Below, piece by piece: positions 32,414-41,336 of a stretch of DNA of 64,000 nt. Numbering within the stretch: the stretch's first letter is position 1; each line of letters begins with the position of its first letter. The position numbers and the translations under genes are program-made. This DNA comes from Terriglobia bacterium (GTDB lineage Bacteria; Acidobacteriota; Terriglobia; Acidiferrales; UBA7541), in assembly GCA_020072765.1 (NCBI GenBank), contig JAIQGD010000002.1, positions 4,796-68,795 of the forward strand, written 5' to 3'. Below the pieces are notes generated by a model that had not been told where the DNA came from, made no database searches, and worked only from the letters and a program-made list of their open reading frames with translations.

Positions 32414-35400
32414 ATGAACATGATCGGAACGCCCACAGTTGTTGCGGCTCGCCGCGGGATGTACGCGACGGTGGCCTTCGCGTTGTTGTTGGTGCTGGGG
32501 TTTGTGCAGCCGGCCGGCGCGCAAACGAACCCGCTCCAGTTCTTCAATAACTATTTTGTCACCGGGGACTACGTGGTGGCCGGGTGGGTGGAAAATAAGC
32601 CGGACTACAGTGGGTACGCGCCCGGAACGATCAGCATCCCCGACATCAAACAGCCCGCTCAGAACGGCGTGCCGCCTAGTGTGCCTGTCGGTGCCGATAT
32701 CGTGGCGGCTTATCTCTACTGGGGGACCGTCGAAGGCAGTGCGAACACGTTGGCGGGACAGCAGGCGTATTTTAACGGTCGCGCCATAACGGGAACGGTT
32801 CTGGGAAACCCCAATGCACCCGTCTCGTGGAGCTCGGGCGGTTGTTCGGGGTCGTCGCAGGGCTCGAAGACGATGCGGACGTACCGCGCGGATGTGCGCC
32901 CCTATCTGCCGCTCGACCTCAATTCCCAGTCGCCGACATTCGGAACGCTGGTGGCGAGCGGAAGCATTCCCGTGCGCCTGGCGGACAGCGGCAGCAATGG
33001 CAACACAACACCGATGGCCTTGGGCGCGACGCTCGTAATTGTTTACCGAGTTCTCTCACCGGCGATGCCGTTGAACTCGATCGTCTTCTATGACGGAGCG
33101 TACGCCCCAAGCAATGCCTCGCTGGCCATGAGCGAACCCATCGCAGGGTTCTATCAGGCGGCGCAGGTGCCCGTCTCCAAGATCACGCACATCGTGGCCA
33201 ACGGCCAGGCCAACAAGTCGGAAAGCGTTTACCTCAACAACGTAAACCTTCCCACTCTGTACGGATCTCTTCCTCCGTTCCCCGGCATCTACAACAATTC
33301 CTGGGACAATCCCACGTGGATTCCGAGTAACGCAGTGAGCTACAACGATTCCGCGGCGACGACGTCGGTGGTGCCTTCGGCCAGTAACAAGGGCTGCGTG
33401 TCGTGGGGAGCGGTCGTATTCAGCACGACGGTGCAGGACGCGGATGGCGATGGCTTGCTCGACGTGTGGGAGCAGAATCAGGGCTACACGGACGCGTTGA
33501 GCAACCAGTGGGTGGCGCTGCCCGGAGCAAATCCGAACGCCAAAGATATCTTTGTCGAGGTCGATTACTTGAACAATCTCGATGGCTCGGCCGGCGGTTA
33601 CCTGCATTCGCACCTGCCCAAGCAGGCGGCCCTCGATCTGGTGGGCAGTACCTTTGCGGCGCAACACATCAACCTGCATTTCGATCTTGGGGCCAACGTC
33701 TACCCGGGCGACCCGTACGTCATCAGCTATCCCGTCCCTTTGCCGAACCCGCTTCCCTCCGGAACATTGGCGCCGCAGGCCGGCACGGGTGGGAATGCGA
33801 TTTCCGAAGGTCTGTTGCTCTGCACCGACGGGGCTACGCTCTGCGCCTTTCCAGGCCAGCCGGCGGTCGGCTGGAAGGGAGGATTGGAGTACGTCCAGAG
33901 CCAGGCGACACTCGGGAACTTTCAGCCCGGGCGGGGACAAAGCTACCATTACATGCTTTTTGGCCACTCGTTGGGAGACTCGAGGTTCTATTGGAGCGCG
34001 CTGGCGTCCTCGCTCTCGGAGCCTGCGATTCCTCAGTTGGTTAGCATCGCGAATTTCGGAACAACCGCTACCGTAACCGTCCAATCCCCGCAGGGGGTCG
34101 TGAAACCCGGGGATTGTCCGAACTCTGTGATTGCCGCGTGCGGCGACGCCAGTGCTAACCGCATTACGATCACCGGGGCGCTCGGGCAATCCGCTCTGAA
34201 TGGGACGTATTTCTTCAGCAATGTGGTGCCGAGCCCGGGCAGCAATGGCGTCACGACAACCACTTTCACGATCCCGACGGCCAACGTGGCCAACAGAACC
34301 TACAACCTCAGCAACGAGCCGCAACTCGGCCTCACGTACCTCGGGCCGACCAGCACGTCGGGACATTCCGATTTTGGCGGCGGCGGAGACTCCGCTATAA
34401 CCCTGGGCTTGTGGGAGACCGACGATCCATCGAACTGCCAGCCCGACCCTTCGCAGGCGCTCCAGCCGGGACAAGTGTACTGCACGAGCCAAACCGGGAG
34501 CGTGCCCGTGCAAGCCGGGACGCTGTTCCATGAGCTCGGTCACTCGCTGACGCTGACGCATGGCGGGACCTACTACGCGACCGCGACCTATCCCAGCCTG
34601 CCCACCTATGAGGGGAACTGCAAACCCAACTACTTGAGCGTGATGAATTACCTGTTTCAGGCGCGAGGGTTCGTGGACGGGGGATTCGATTATTCGTCGC
34701 AGACGATGCCGCTTCTGAACGAGGCCTATGGGTATCTCAATGAAACGACGGGGATCGGCCTGGATGCCAACAATCAGCCGGCCCTGCACCTCACGCGGTG
34801 GTATTCGGCGCCCAACCAGCTCGATATCAAGCTCCAGAACTCCACAGGAGGCCGGTACGCCACGAGGCATTGCGATGGCACGCCCCTGGGGTCCAGCGAT
34901 GTTGCGGCCGTCCGCGTGGATGGCACGTTATCGGCATTGCAGGGCAGTACCAATTCTGCGCCGCTGGACTGGAACAATGACCTCGTGACCCCCGATGCGC
35001 TGGCCATGGGCGTGGATTTGAACTACAACGGCGTGATCGGTGATGCGCCGTTCTCGGGGTTCAGCGATTGGCAGATTCTGAATCCATCCAGCGGAACAGG
35101 ATCCGCGCTGAATCAAATCGGCGCGCGGGCGAGCTCGTTTGGATTCTCCGGGACAGGCGGCGTGCGCGTGGGCGGCGGTGTACGAGTCGGCGGCGGCGTG
35201 GCGGGTGGCGACGGAGCGCTGGCCGGTGGCGGCGTGCGCGTGGGCGGCGGCGTGCGCGTGGGCGGCGGTGTACGAGTCGGCGGAGGCGATGAGCAGGACG
35301 TGGAGACGGCCAGTTCCACGGTGAATCCGCCAACCGGACTCTCGTGCTCGGATTGTGTGGGATCGGTAGAGTACAACAAGAGCGTCCCACTAGCGTGGGC

Positions 35401-37219
35401 CCCGCCCAGCTTCGGCCAGGCTCGCGTTTATGACGTCTGGCGCGCCGTAGGTTCGTTCCCCAAGCCCAGTGACATCGCTGCGAACTCAGGCCTGTTCAGC
35501 GACATCCAGAAGCTGTCGGGCAGTCCGCCGTCGACGACGTTCACGGACACCACGGTCAGTGAAATCACGTACACCTATTTCGTGACCGCAACGAATAAGC
35601 AAGGGGCACAAAGCGGTCCGTCCTCTCCTATCGTCGTAAATGTGGTCCAAAGGACCACGACTACGGGGATTGCCGCGTCGACTACCTCCCCGGTTTTTGG
35701 CCAGCAGGTAACCCTGACTGCGACGGTAAGCGGGTCTGGAGGAACACCGACGGGGACTGTCACATTCAGCGATGGCGGGACTGCGTTTGGCACCGCAACC
35801 CTGGGCAACACCGGAACGGCCGTCGTGCAGACATCCTCACTCGCCGTGGGAAACCATGCCATCACGGCCAGCTATTCCGGAGACTCGAATTTCTTGGCGA
35901 GTAGCTCGTCTTCCTTGGCGGTCAACGTGGGCCAGGCCTCCACGTCCACCACCCTCTCGACCTTACCGGCCAGCGTTGTATATGGCCAGTCTTTGACGAT
36001 AACTGCGACCGTCGGGCCGGTTTCACCCGGGGCGGGAACACCCACGGGTACCGTCACCTTCACCGACGGAGCTACTACGTTGGGCACAGCGAACTTGAGC
36101 GGCGGCACCGGCAGTTACGCGGTTAGCTCCCTCAGTGCCGGGAGCCATTCCCTCAGCGCCACATATTCCGGAGACTCCAATTTTACGGGTAGCAAGCCCG
36201 CGACAAGCTACTCGCAGACGATCGGCCAAGCCACGGCTACGATCACACTGGCCAGCTTGAGCGCGATCTACAACGGAACGCCGCATTCAGCGACCGCCAC
36301 CACCTCCCCATCGGGTCTTGCGGTGAGCTTTACTTACGATGGCTCATCAGCGCCACCGGCCAATGCGGGGAAACATGTGGTCGTAGCTACCATTACGGAC
36401 CCGAATTACACCGGAAGCACCACAGGAACCTTGACTATCACTCCAGCGGCGGCATCGGTGACACCCGCTGCGGCCAGCAAGGTCTACGGCACGGCCGACC
36501 CGGCTTTCACTGGGACACTGACCGGGTTCCTGGCAGCCGACAGCGTGACAGCAACGTACAGTCGTACTGCCGGTGAAACGGTGGCAGGCAGCCCCTACAC
36601 CATCAAAGCAAAGCTGAATCCGGCAGCTGTGCTGGGCAACTACACCATTACCTACAGCACCGCTGCGTTCACCATCACAAAGGCGGCGGCCACGGTGACG
36701 CTCACCAACATGAGCCAACCCTATACAGGCGGCCCGTTGTCACCCACGGTGGCGACCGTACCGGCCGGTTTGGCCTACACGCTGACGGGAGCGCCGGATA
36801 CGAACGCCGGTTCCTACCCTGTGACGGCCACCGTGACCGACCCCAACTACACGGGTTCGGCCAACGGCACGTTCGTCATAACTCGACCGGCAGCGAGCGT
36901 GTCGCCGGCCAGCGTGAACTTCGGCATAGTCAGTCCCGGCACGACTGTCTCTCAAACCGTCACTCTGACCAACACGGGGAATGCGCCGATGACGATTACA
37001 GCCGTCAGCATATCGGGCATGGGCACCGATACCGACGAGTTTGGGGATGTGAGCCACTGCTCCTCAACACTGGCGGCGGGGGTGAGTTGCACCATCACCG
37101 TGAGCTATAAAGCGGATGACGACGATTACCCAGCGGTGACCGCTACTCTGGTCATTACAGACAATGCGCCCACCAGCCCGCAATCGGTGCCGCTCAAGGG
37201 CCAAAAGAAGTCGAACTAG
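32414..37219 (+). CDS. 1601-aa secreted multidomain protein (unknown N-terminal domain, metzincin-like HExxHxxxxxH, Gly-rich repeat, FN3, Ig-like group 3 repeats, MBG repeats, choice-of-anchor-D-like C-terminus)
   Basis: It has a signal peptide (VAFALLLVLGFVQPAGAQ), DADGDGLLDVWE, HELGHSLTLTH, (GGVRVG)n, three repeats of ..TVTFSDGGT..LGTATL...YSGDSNF, repeats of ..YGTADPAFTG..GSPYTI (MBG), and the C-terminal VNFGIV..G.T.SQTVTLTNTGNAPMTI. Confidence 0.8.
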   Translation: MNMIGTPTVVAARRGMYATVAFALLLVLGFVQPAGAQTNPLQFFNNYFVTGDYVVAGWVENKPDYSGYAPGTISIPDIKQPAQNGVPPSVPVGADIVAAYLYWGTVEGSANTLAGQQAYFNGRAITGTVLGNPNAPVSWSSGGCSGSSQGSKTMRTYRADVRPYLPLDLNSQSPTFGTLVASGSIPVRLADSGSNGNTTPMALGATLVIVYRVLSPAMPLNSIVFYDGAYAPSNASLAMSEPIAGFYQAAQVPVSKITHIVANGQANKSESVYLNNVNLPTLYGSLPPFPGIYNNSWDNPTWIPSNAVSYNDSAATTSVVPSASNKGCVSWGAVVFSTTVQDADGDGLLDVWEQNQGYTDALSNQWVALPGANPNAKDIFVEVDYLNNLDGSAGGYLHSHLPKQAALDLVGSTFAAQHINLHFDLGANVYPGDPYVISYPVPLPNPLPSGTLAPQAGTGGNAISEGLLLCTDGATLCAFPGQPAVGWKGGLEYVQSQATLGNFQPGRGQSYHYMLFGHSLGDSRFYWSALASSLSEPAIPQLVSIANFGTTATVTVQSPQGVVKPGDCPNSVIAACGDASANRITITGALGQSALNGTYFFSNVVPSPGSNGVTTTTFTIPTANVANRTYNLSNEPQLGLTYLGPTSTSGHSDFGGGGDSAITLGLWETDDPSNCQPDPSQALQPGQVYCTSQTGSVPVQAGTLFHELGHSLTLTHGGTYYATATYPSLPTYEGNCKPNYLSVMNYLFQARGFVDGGFDYSSQTMPLLNEAYGYLNETTGIGLDANNQPALHLTRWYSAPNQLDIKLQNSTGGRYATRHCDGTPLGSSDVAAVRVDGTLSALQGSTNSAPLDWNNDLVTPDALAMGVDLNYNGVIGDAPFSGFSDWQILNPSSGTGSALNQIGARASSFGFSGTGGVRVGGGVRVGGGVAGGDGALAGGGVRVGGGVRVGGGVRVGGGDEQDVETASSTVNPPTGLSCSDCVGSVEYNKSVPLAWAPPSFGQARVYDVWRAVGSFPKPSDIAANSGLFSDIQKLSGSPPSTTFTDTTVSEITYTYFVTATNKQGAQSGPSSPIVVNVVQRTTTTGIAASTTSPVFGQQVTLTATVSGSGGTPTGTVTFSDGGTAFGTATLGNTGTAVVQTSSLAVGNHAITASYSGDSNFLASSSSSLAVNVGQASTSTTLSTLPASVVYGQSLTITATVGPVSPGAGTPTGTVTFTDGATTLGTANLSGGTGSYAVSSLSAGSHSLSATYSGDSNFTGSKPATSYSQTIGQATATITLASLSAIYNGTPHSATATTSPSGLAVSFTYDGSSAPPANAGKHVVVATITDPNYTGSTTGTLTITPAAASVTPAAASKVYGTADPAFTGTLTGFLAADSVTATYSRTAGETVAGSPYTIKAKLNPAAVLGNYTITYSTAAFTITKAAATVTLTNMSQPYTGGPLSPTVATVPAGLAYTLTGAPDTNAGSYPVTATVTDPNYTGSANGTFVITRPAASVSPASVNFGIVSPGTTVSQTVTLTNTGNAPMTITAVSISGMGTDTDEFGDVSHCSSTLAAGVSCTITVSYKADDDDYPAVTATLVITDNAPTSPQSVPLKGQKKSN
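35156..35287 (+). repeat. in-frame 18-nt tandem repeat encoding (GGVRVG)n
   Basis: The 38-nt unit GGCGGCGTGCGCGTGGGCGGCGGTGTACGAGTCGGCGG is perfectly duplicated at 35156-35193 and 35246-35283. The region between the copies has the same periodicity. Confidence 0.85.
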
Positions 37220-37508
37220 CCGGAAGTCGGGGGCTATGGGGCAACATCGAACAGCTCAACGGCTGGCGATGCGCTTGGGGGCATCCGCAACGAGCGGACC
37301 CTGGTCGCTTCTCTCCTGCATCGCCAGGAACGTCCCATACGCAGCGGGAGCGGCGGCGCTCTTCAAGCCTTCGTGGGCGCATTCATAACAGCATCTGATG
37401 GATGGCGCATTCAGCTGCGCCGGTGCGCGACCAGGCCGGCAACGTTTCACGGCCTGCATGGCGATACGACGGGAGGCGAGATGGCCGGTCATTTCTTTCG
37501 CCCTTGCC

Positions 37509-40500
37509 CTATTGGCCGAGGCGGCGGCGAATTTCGGGAATCAGGGGATCCTCGGCGCTCTTGCCTCGGATGCGCAGATAGGCCTGGTACGGTTCGGCGA
37601 ATCCCGGACTCTTCAGCCCTTCGCGAACGCGCCCCTGGAAGTACTCGACGGGCGGAAAGAAGGCATAGGTCGGCACTTCGTCGAGAAAGAGCGCCAAGGC
37701 CTCCCCGCGCCTCTTGCTGCAACGGTCGAACTCGGAATCAGCTTCCGTGAAGGCTCCTGCTTCCAGATAGGCGCGGCCCAGATCGAAGCGTCCGATCCAG
37801 GTATCCAACAGGCTGTTCGCTTCGGTGAAGTCCTTAATTGCTTCGCTGCGCTCACCTCGCTGGAGGGCTGCGTCTCCGGCAATAATCTTGGCATAGGCCT
37901 GAGGCTCGGGCAGGATTTCAGAGGCGAGGCCGGCAGCCAGCTTTTGCGCTTTGGCCGTCTCTCCCACCTCGACAAAAGTGCGCGCCGCCAGGAATCGGAT
38001 CTTCACCGTCTGACTCGTCGCCAGCGCTCGGTCCGAGGCGGCGGCCGCCGCCGGCTTGTCTCGCCGTAACAGATGCGTGTAGGCCATTTCCGCCAGCTTG
38101 TCGGCGGCACTGTCGCGGCGGTTGGCCGCCAGGTCCGCTGCCACCCCCTTCTCCAGGATTCCGATGGCGTCGGCAAAGTGCCCCTCGTACACCGCCAGGT
38201 CGGCCCTTCCGGAGGAGGCCCGCGAAGCACCCATCGCGCTCATGCTCCCGAGCTTCTGGTAGGTCGCCGCGGCTTCGGGCAACCTACCCTGCCCCACCTG
38301 GGCAAACGCGAGCGAGAGCTGGCCATATTCGTACGACGGGTTGAGCTGCTGGAGACGGCGGGCTTCGCGCTCGCCGCTCGCAAAATCTCCCGCGTAGGAT
38401 GAAAACAGGGCCAGATTGGTGACCCCCAACACATCGGCATGAATCTCGACGTCTTTCCGGGCTTCCTCCACCGCTTGAGGCCAATTCCGCAACTGGCTAT
38501 AACAAAGAGCCAGATTGGTGTGCACCGCGTTGTCGGCGGGGTATCGTTTGCCCAGCTCCCCGTATTCCTCGATGCACTTCTGCCAGCTGCCGCTTTCGAT
38601 GTAATACTCGCCGCGGGTGCGATACCGCTCGCGCTCCGACATGCGGTCGATATGTTGCAGAGCTAACTTGGCGTATTTCTCGGCTTCCGCGGGCCGGCCC
38701 AGATTGCCGTACGCGGCGGCCATGCCGGAATATGCGCGGGCGAAATTCGAATCCAATTCCACGGCCTTTGCAAACGAAGCCAAGGCCCCTTCCATGTCGC
38801 CGGCAAACTGCCGTTCCATGGCGATGCCGTACTGGTGCACCGCCTCGAGATTGCCGACGGTGAAACTGCCCTGCACGGCCGCCAATTGCGCGGACTCGGG
38901 CGTGGTGTCACCCATGGCCTTGCGGAGCGGGGCCACGAGTTTGGGAACGTCGAGCACGATGTCGTCCTTGTTCGCGGCGCTGATCCCCGCGGCGGCCAGG
39001 GTCTTGCCGGTGACGGCGTCGACGGCCTGCACGGACAACTGGTACCCACCGCCGCCGCTGGTCAGGGAGCCCGTCACGATCGCGTTGACGCCCTGGCTGA
39101 CCGCCACGAGCCGGGCCGACTGTTCATCGAGCGTGGTGGTCGGATGGGACAGCTTGCCGGCCAACTGGCGCGCCTCCCCGCGGCTGTAGGCGTTGACGAA
39201 ACTGGCGCCTTCCAGGGCGACGTTGAACATCGGTTCCAGGGTGCCGTCGAAGATGGGATCGCCCGTGTGATTGGTGAAATCCGCCACCAGAACGCTCACG
39301 GGGGCGTGGGACCCGGCCGGCTTGACCCCGCTTTTCAGGCGCCACGCAATTACCGCTCCCGTCAGCACCACGGCCAGCACCGCCGCAGCGGCCGCGGCGC
39401 CGCCCAGCGCCGCGCGGTTGCGCAGCGCGCGCCGGACCCAGCGCAGTCTCCCGGTGCGGATGGGCGCGGCGTCGCCGCTTTTCCACGCCTGCAGCGCGTC
39501 ATACAGCTCGCGGGCCGATTGGAAACGGTCCTGCGGCTCGATCTCCAGGCATTTCGCGACGATGTCGCTCAAATACGGCGGGACGCCCGGATCCAACTGC
39601 CGCACCGAAACGGCGCGCTCCCGCGTCCGCTTGAACATCGAGGCCATGGCCGTGTCGGCCTGGTAGGGAAGCACGCCCGTCAGAATTTCCTGAAAGATGA
39701 CGCCCAGCGTGAACAGATCCGAGCGCGCGTCCACATGCTCGCCCCGGACTTGCTCGGGCGACATGTATTCGGGCGTGCCGATCAGCGCCCCGGTCTGGGT
39801 CATCCCGCCCACTTCCAGCGACCGTGCGATTCCAAAATCCATCACCAGGGCCCGGCCCTGCTGGTCCAGCATGATGTTTTGCGGCTTCAGATCGCGGTGG
39901 ACCACTTCTTCAGCGTGCGCCGCCTCCAACGCCAGGCAGACCTGCTGGATGATTTCCACGGCGCGGTCGGAAGGCAGTTTGCCATCGCCCGTGAGCACGG
40001 ACTTCAGGTCGTGCCCCTCGATGAACTCCATGGTGATGAACTTCGTGCCTTCGGCTTCACCCAGGTCGAAAATGCGAATCACGTTGCGGTGCGTCACTTT
40101 GCGCGCCAGGATCAGTTCCTGCTTGAAGCGCTGCAAAATTTCCGGCCGCCCCGCCAGTTCCGGGCGAATCACCTTGAGCGCCACCAGGCGGTCGAGTTCG
40201 CGATCGCGCGCCTTGTACACCGCGCCCATGCCCCCTTCGCCCAGGGTGCTGAGGATTTCGTAGCGATTGCCGAGCACCGACCCCGGCTGAATCGAGGTGA
40301 ATACCACCGAGACGCCGCCGCCTTGCGCCAGCACGGGCGCCGACCACGCCGTCGGAATGGCCATGGAGGAGGCGTCGGATCCGTCGAGGGTTACATCGGA
40401 AGTGTGGTCCGGAGGAGTCCGCGGCGCGCCCTCAAGCGTGACGGCGCTGCTCCCCGCGGGGGGAGTCATTTCGGCCACCAGCGTTTCGGCGCTTCCGCCC

Positions 40501-40571
40501 AACGGCGCGCGGCATTTCGAGCAGTTCGCCGCTCCCAGCGGATTGCGCGTTTGGCAGTGAGGGCAATCCAT
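37509..40571 (-). CDS. zinc-ribbon / Ser-Thr protein kinase / TM / periplasmic domain / TPR-repeat protein
   Basis: Elements in order are MDCPHCQTRNPLGAANCSKCRAPL, the kinase motifs GEGGMGAVYKA, HRDLKPQNIML, DFGIAR and GTPEYMSPE, one TM segment (AVLAVVLTGAVIAW), and then about 550 aa of TPR-like repeats. Confidence 0.88.
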   Translation of the reverse strand: MDCPHCQTRNPLGAANCSKCRAPLGGSAETLVAEMTPPAGSSAVTLEGAPRTPPDHTSDVTLDGSDASSMAIPTAWSAPVLAQGGGVSVVFTSIQPGSVLGNRYEILSTLGEGGMGAVYKARDRELDRLVALKVIRPELAGRPEILQRFKQELILARKVTHRNVIRIFDLGEAEGTKFITMEFIEGHDLKSVLTGDGKLPSDRAVEIIQQVCLALEAAHAEEVVHRDLKPQNIMLDQQGRALVMDFGIARSLEVGGMTQTGALIGTPEYMSPEQVRGEHVDARSDLFTLGVIFQEILTGVLPYQADTAMASMFKRTRERAVSVRQLDPGVPPYLSDIVAKCLEIEPQDRFQSARELYDALQAWKSGDAAPIRTGRLRWVRRALRNRAALGGAAAAAAVLAVVLTGAVIAWRLKSGVKPAGSHAPVSVLVADFTNHTGDPIFDGTLEPMFNVALEGASFVNAYSRGEARQLAGKLSHPTTTLDEQSARLVAVSQGVNAIVTGSLTSGGGGYQLSVQAVDAVTGKTLAAAGISAANKDDIVLDVPKLVAPLRKAMGDTTPESAQLAAVQGSFTVGNLEAVHQYGIAMERQFAGDMEGALASFAKAVELDSNFARAYSGMAAAYGNLGRPAEAEKYAKLALQHIDRMSERERYRTRGEYYIESGSWQKCIEEYGELGKRYPADNAVHTNLALCYSQLRNWPQAVEEARKDVEIHADVLGVTNLALFSSYAGDFASGEREARRLQQLNPSYEYGQLSLAFAQVGQGRLPEAAATYQKLGSMSAMGASRASSGRADLAVYEGHFADAIGILEKGVAADLAANRRDSAADKLAEMAYTHLLRRDKPAAAAASDRALATSQTVKIRFLAARTFVEVGETAKAQKLAAGLASEILPEPQAYAKIIAGDAALQRGERSEAIKDFTEANSLLDTWIGRFDLGRAYLEAGAFTEADSEFDRCSKRRGEALALFLDEVPTYAFFPPVEYFQGRVREGLKSPGFAEPYQAYLRIRGKSAEDPLIPEIRRRLGQ

Positions 40572-40810
40572 AAATTGGGTCCAGCCACGCTTCCCTGAAT
40601 GCGTTCAGCCTATGTGTTTCCTAGGGGGAAATCAAGCATCCTGGACGCCGCGCCGAGGCGCACATCTACGGTCGCGGGAATGCATCGAGGCGTGGAAAGT
40701 CTAGCACGCGGGAGTGGTTCGGCGCGCGCATGCCTTGGTCTGAGTTCGTGGTTCCGGTCTTGCTTGACTGCCTCAAAACAAAGGACGCTAATCCATCAAT
40801 CAAATGCATG

Positions 40811-41335
40811 CTAGCTGTCAGAGAATTTGGAGCGAACGATTTGCAGAATGCCTCGTAAGAGTGCCGTTGGCTCAGGTGGGCACCCTGATACTGTGTGATT
40901 CACAGGGACAATATTCGCCACGCGGCCCCGGCTCGCATAACTTGTGCCAAAGATGCCGCCACAGGCCCCGCAGTCTCCCACTGCCATAACAATCTTTGGA
41001 TCGGGCATGGCATCATAAGTGCGCCTCAGCGCTTCTTCCATGTTCACCGATACGGGCCCCGTTACCAGCAATAGGTCCGCATGACGCGGGCTGGCAACGA
41101 ACTTGACGCCTACTCCCTCCAGATTGTAGTAGGGATTATTGAGCGCCTGAATTTCCAGCTCGCACCCATTGCAGGAACCGGCATCGACGTGACGGAGGCA
41201 GAGCGCGCGGCCCAGGATATTCCGCAAGTCTTTCTGCAATGTTTCGATCACCACAGGCGCTTCTGTGGAAACTGGTGCAGGCTCCGTCAGTATTCCCGTG
41301 CGGAGCATAGTTGAAAGGGTATCAAACATAGTCAC
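40811..41335 (-). CDS. NuoB/HycG-type small subunit (4Fe-4S) of the group-4-hydrogenase-like complex
   Basis: Motifs are DAGSCNGCELE, VGDCGACGG and VSGCPPEP. Start is GTG 41335, or ATG 41329, which has a GAGG Shine-Dalgarno sequence. It follows the large-subunit stop after a 1-nt gap. Confidence 0.85.
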   Translation of the reverse strand: MTMFDTLSTMLRTGILTEPAPVSTEAPVVIETLQKDLRNILGRALCLRHVDAGSCNGCELEIQALNNPYYNLEGVGVKFVASPRHADLLLVTGPVSVNMEEALRRTYDAMPDPKIVMAVGDCGACGGIFGTSYASRGRVANIVPVNHTVSGCPPEPTALLRGILQIVRSKFSDS

Positions 41336-41336
41336 C

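Noticed and set aside
35156-35287. Regularly spaced repeats that might be mistaken for a CRISPR array.
   Set aside because: The period is 18 nt with no unique spacers. The tract is in frame inside a long CDS and encodes a Gly-Val-Arg repeat. No cas genes are nearby.
37256-37492. A 78-aa ORF in the convergent gap between the giant secreted gene and the kinase.
   Set aside because: It has no convincing ribosome-binding site, no recognisable family, and lies in a high-G+C region where such ORFs arise by chance. It is left unannotated.
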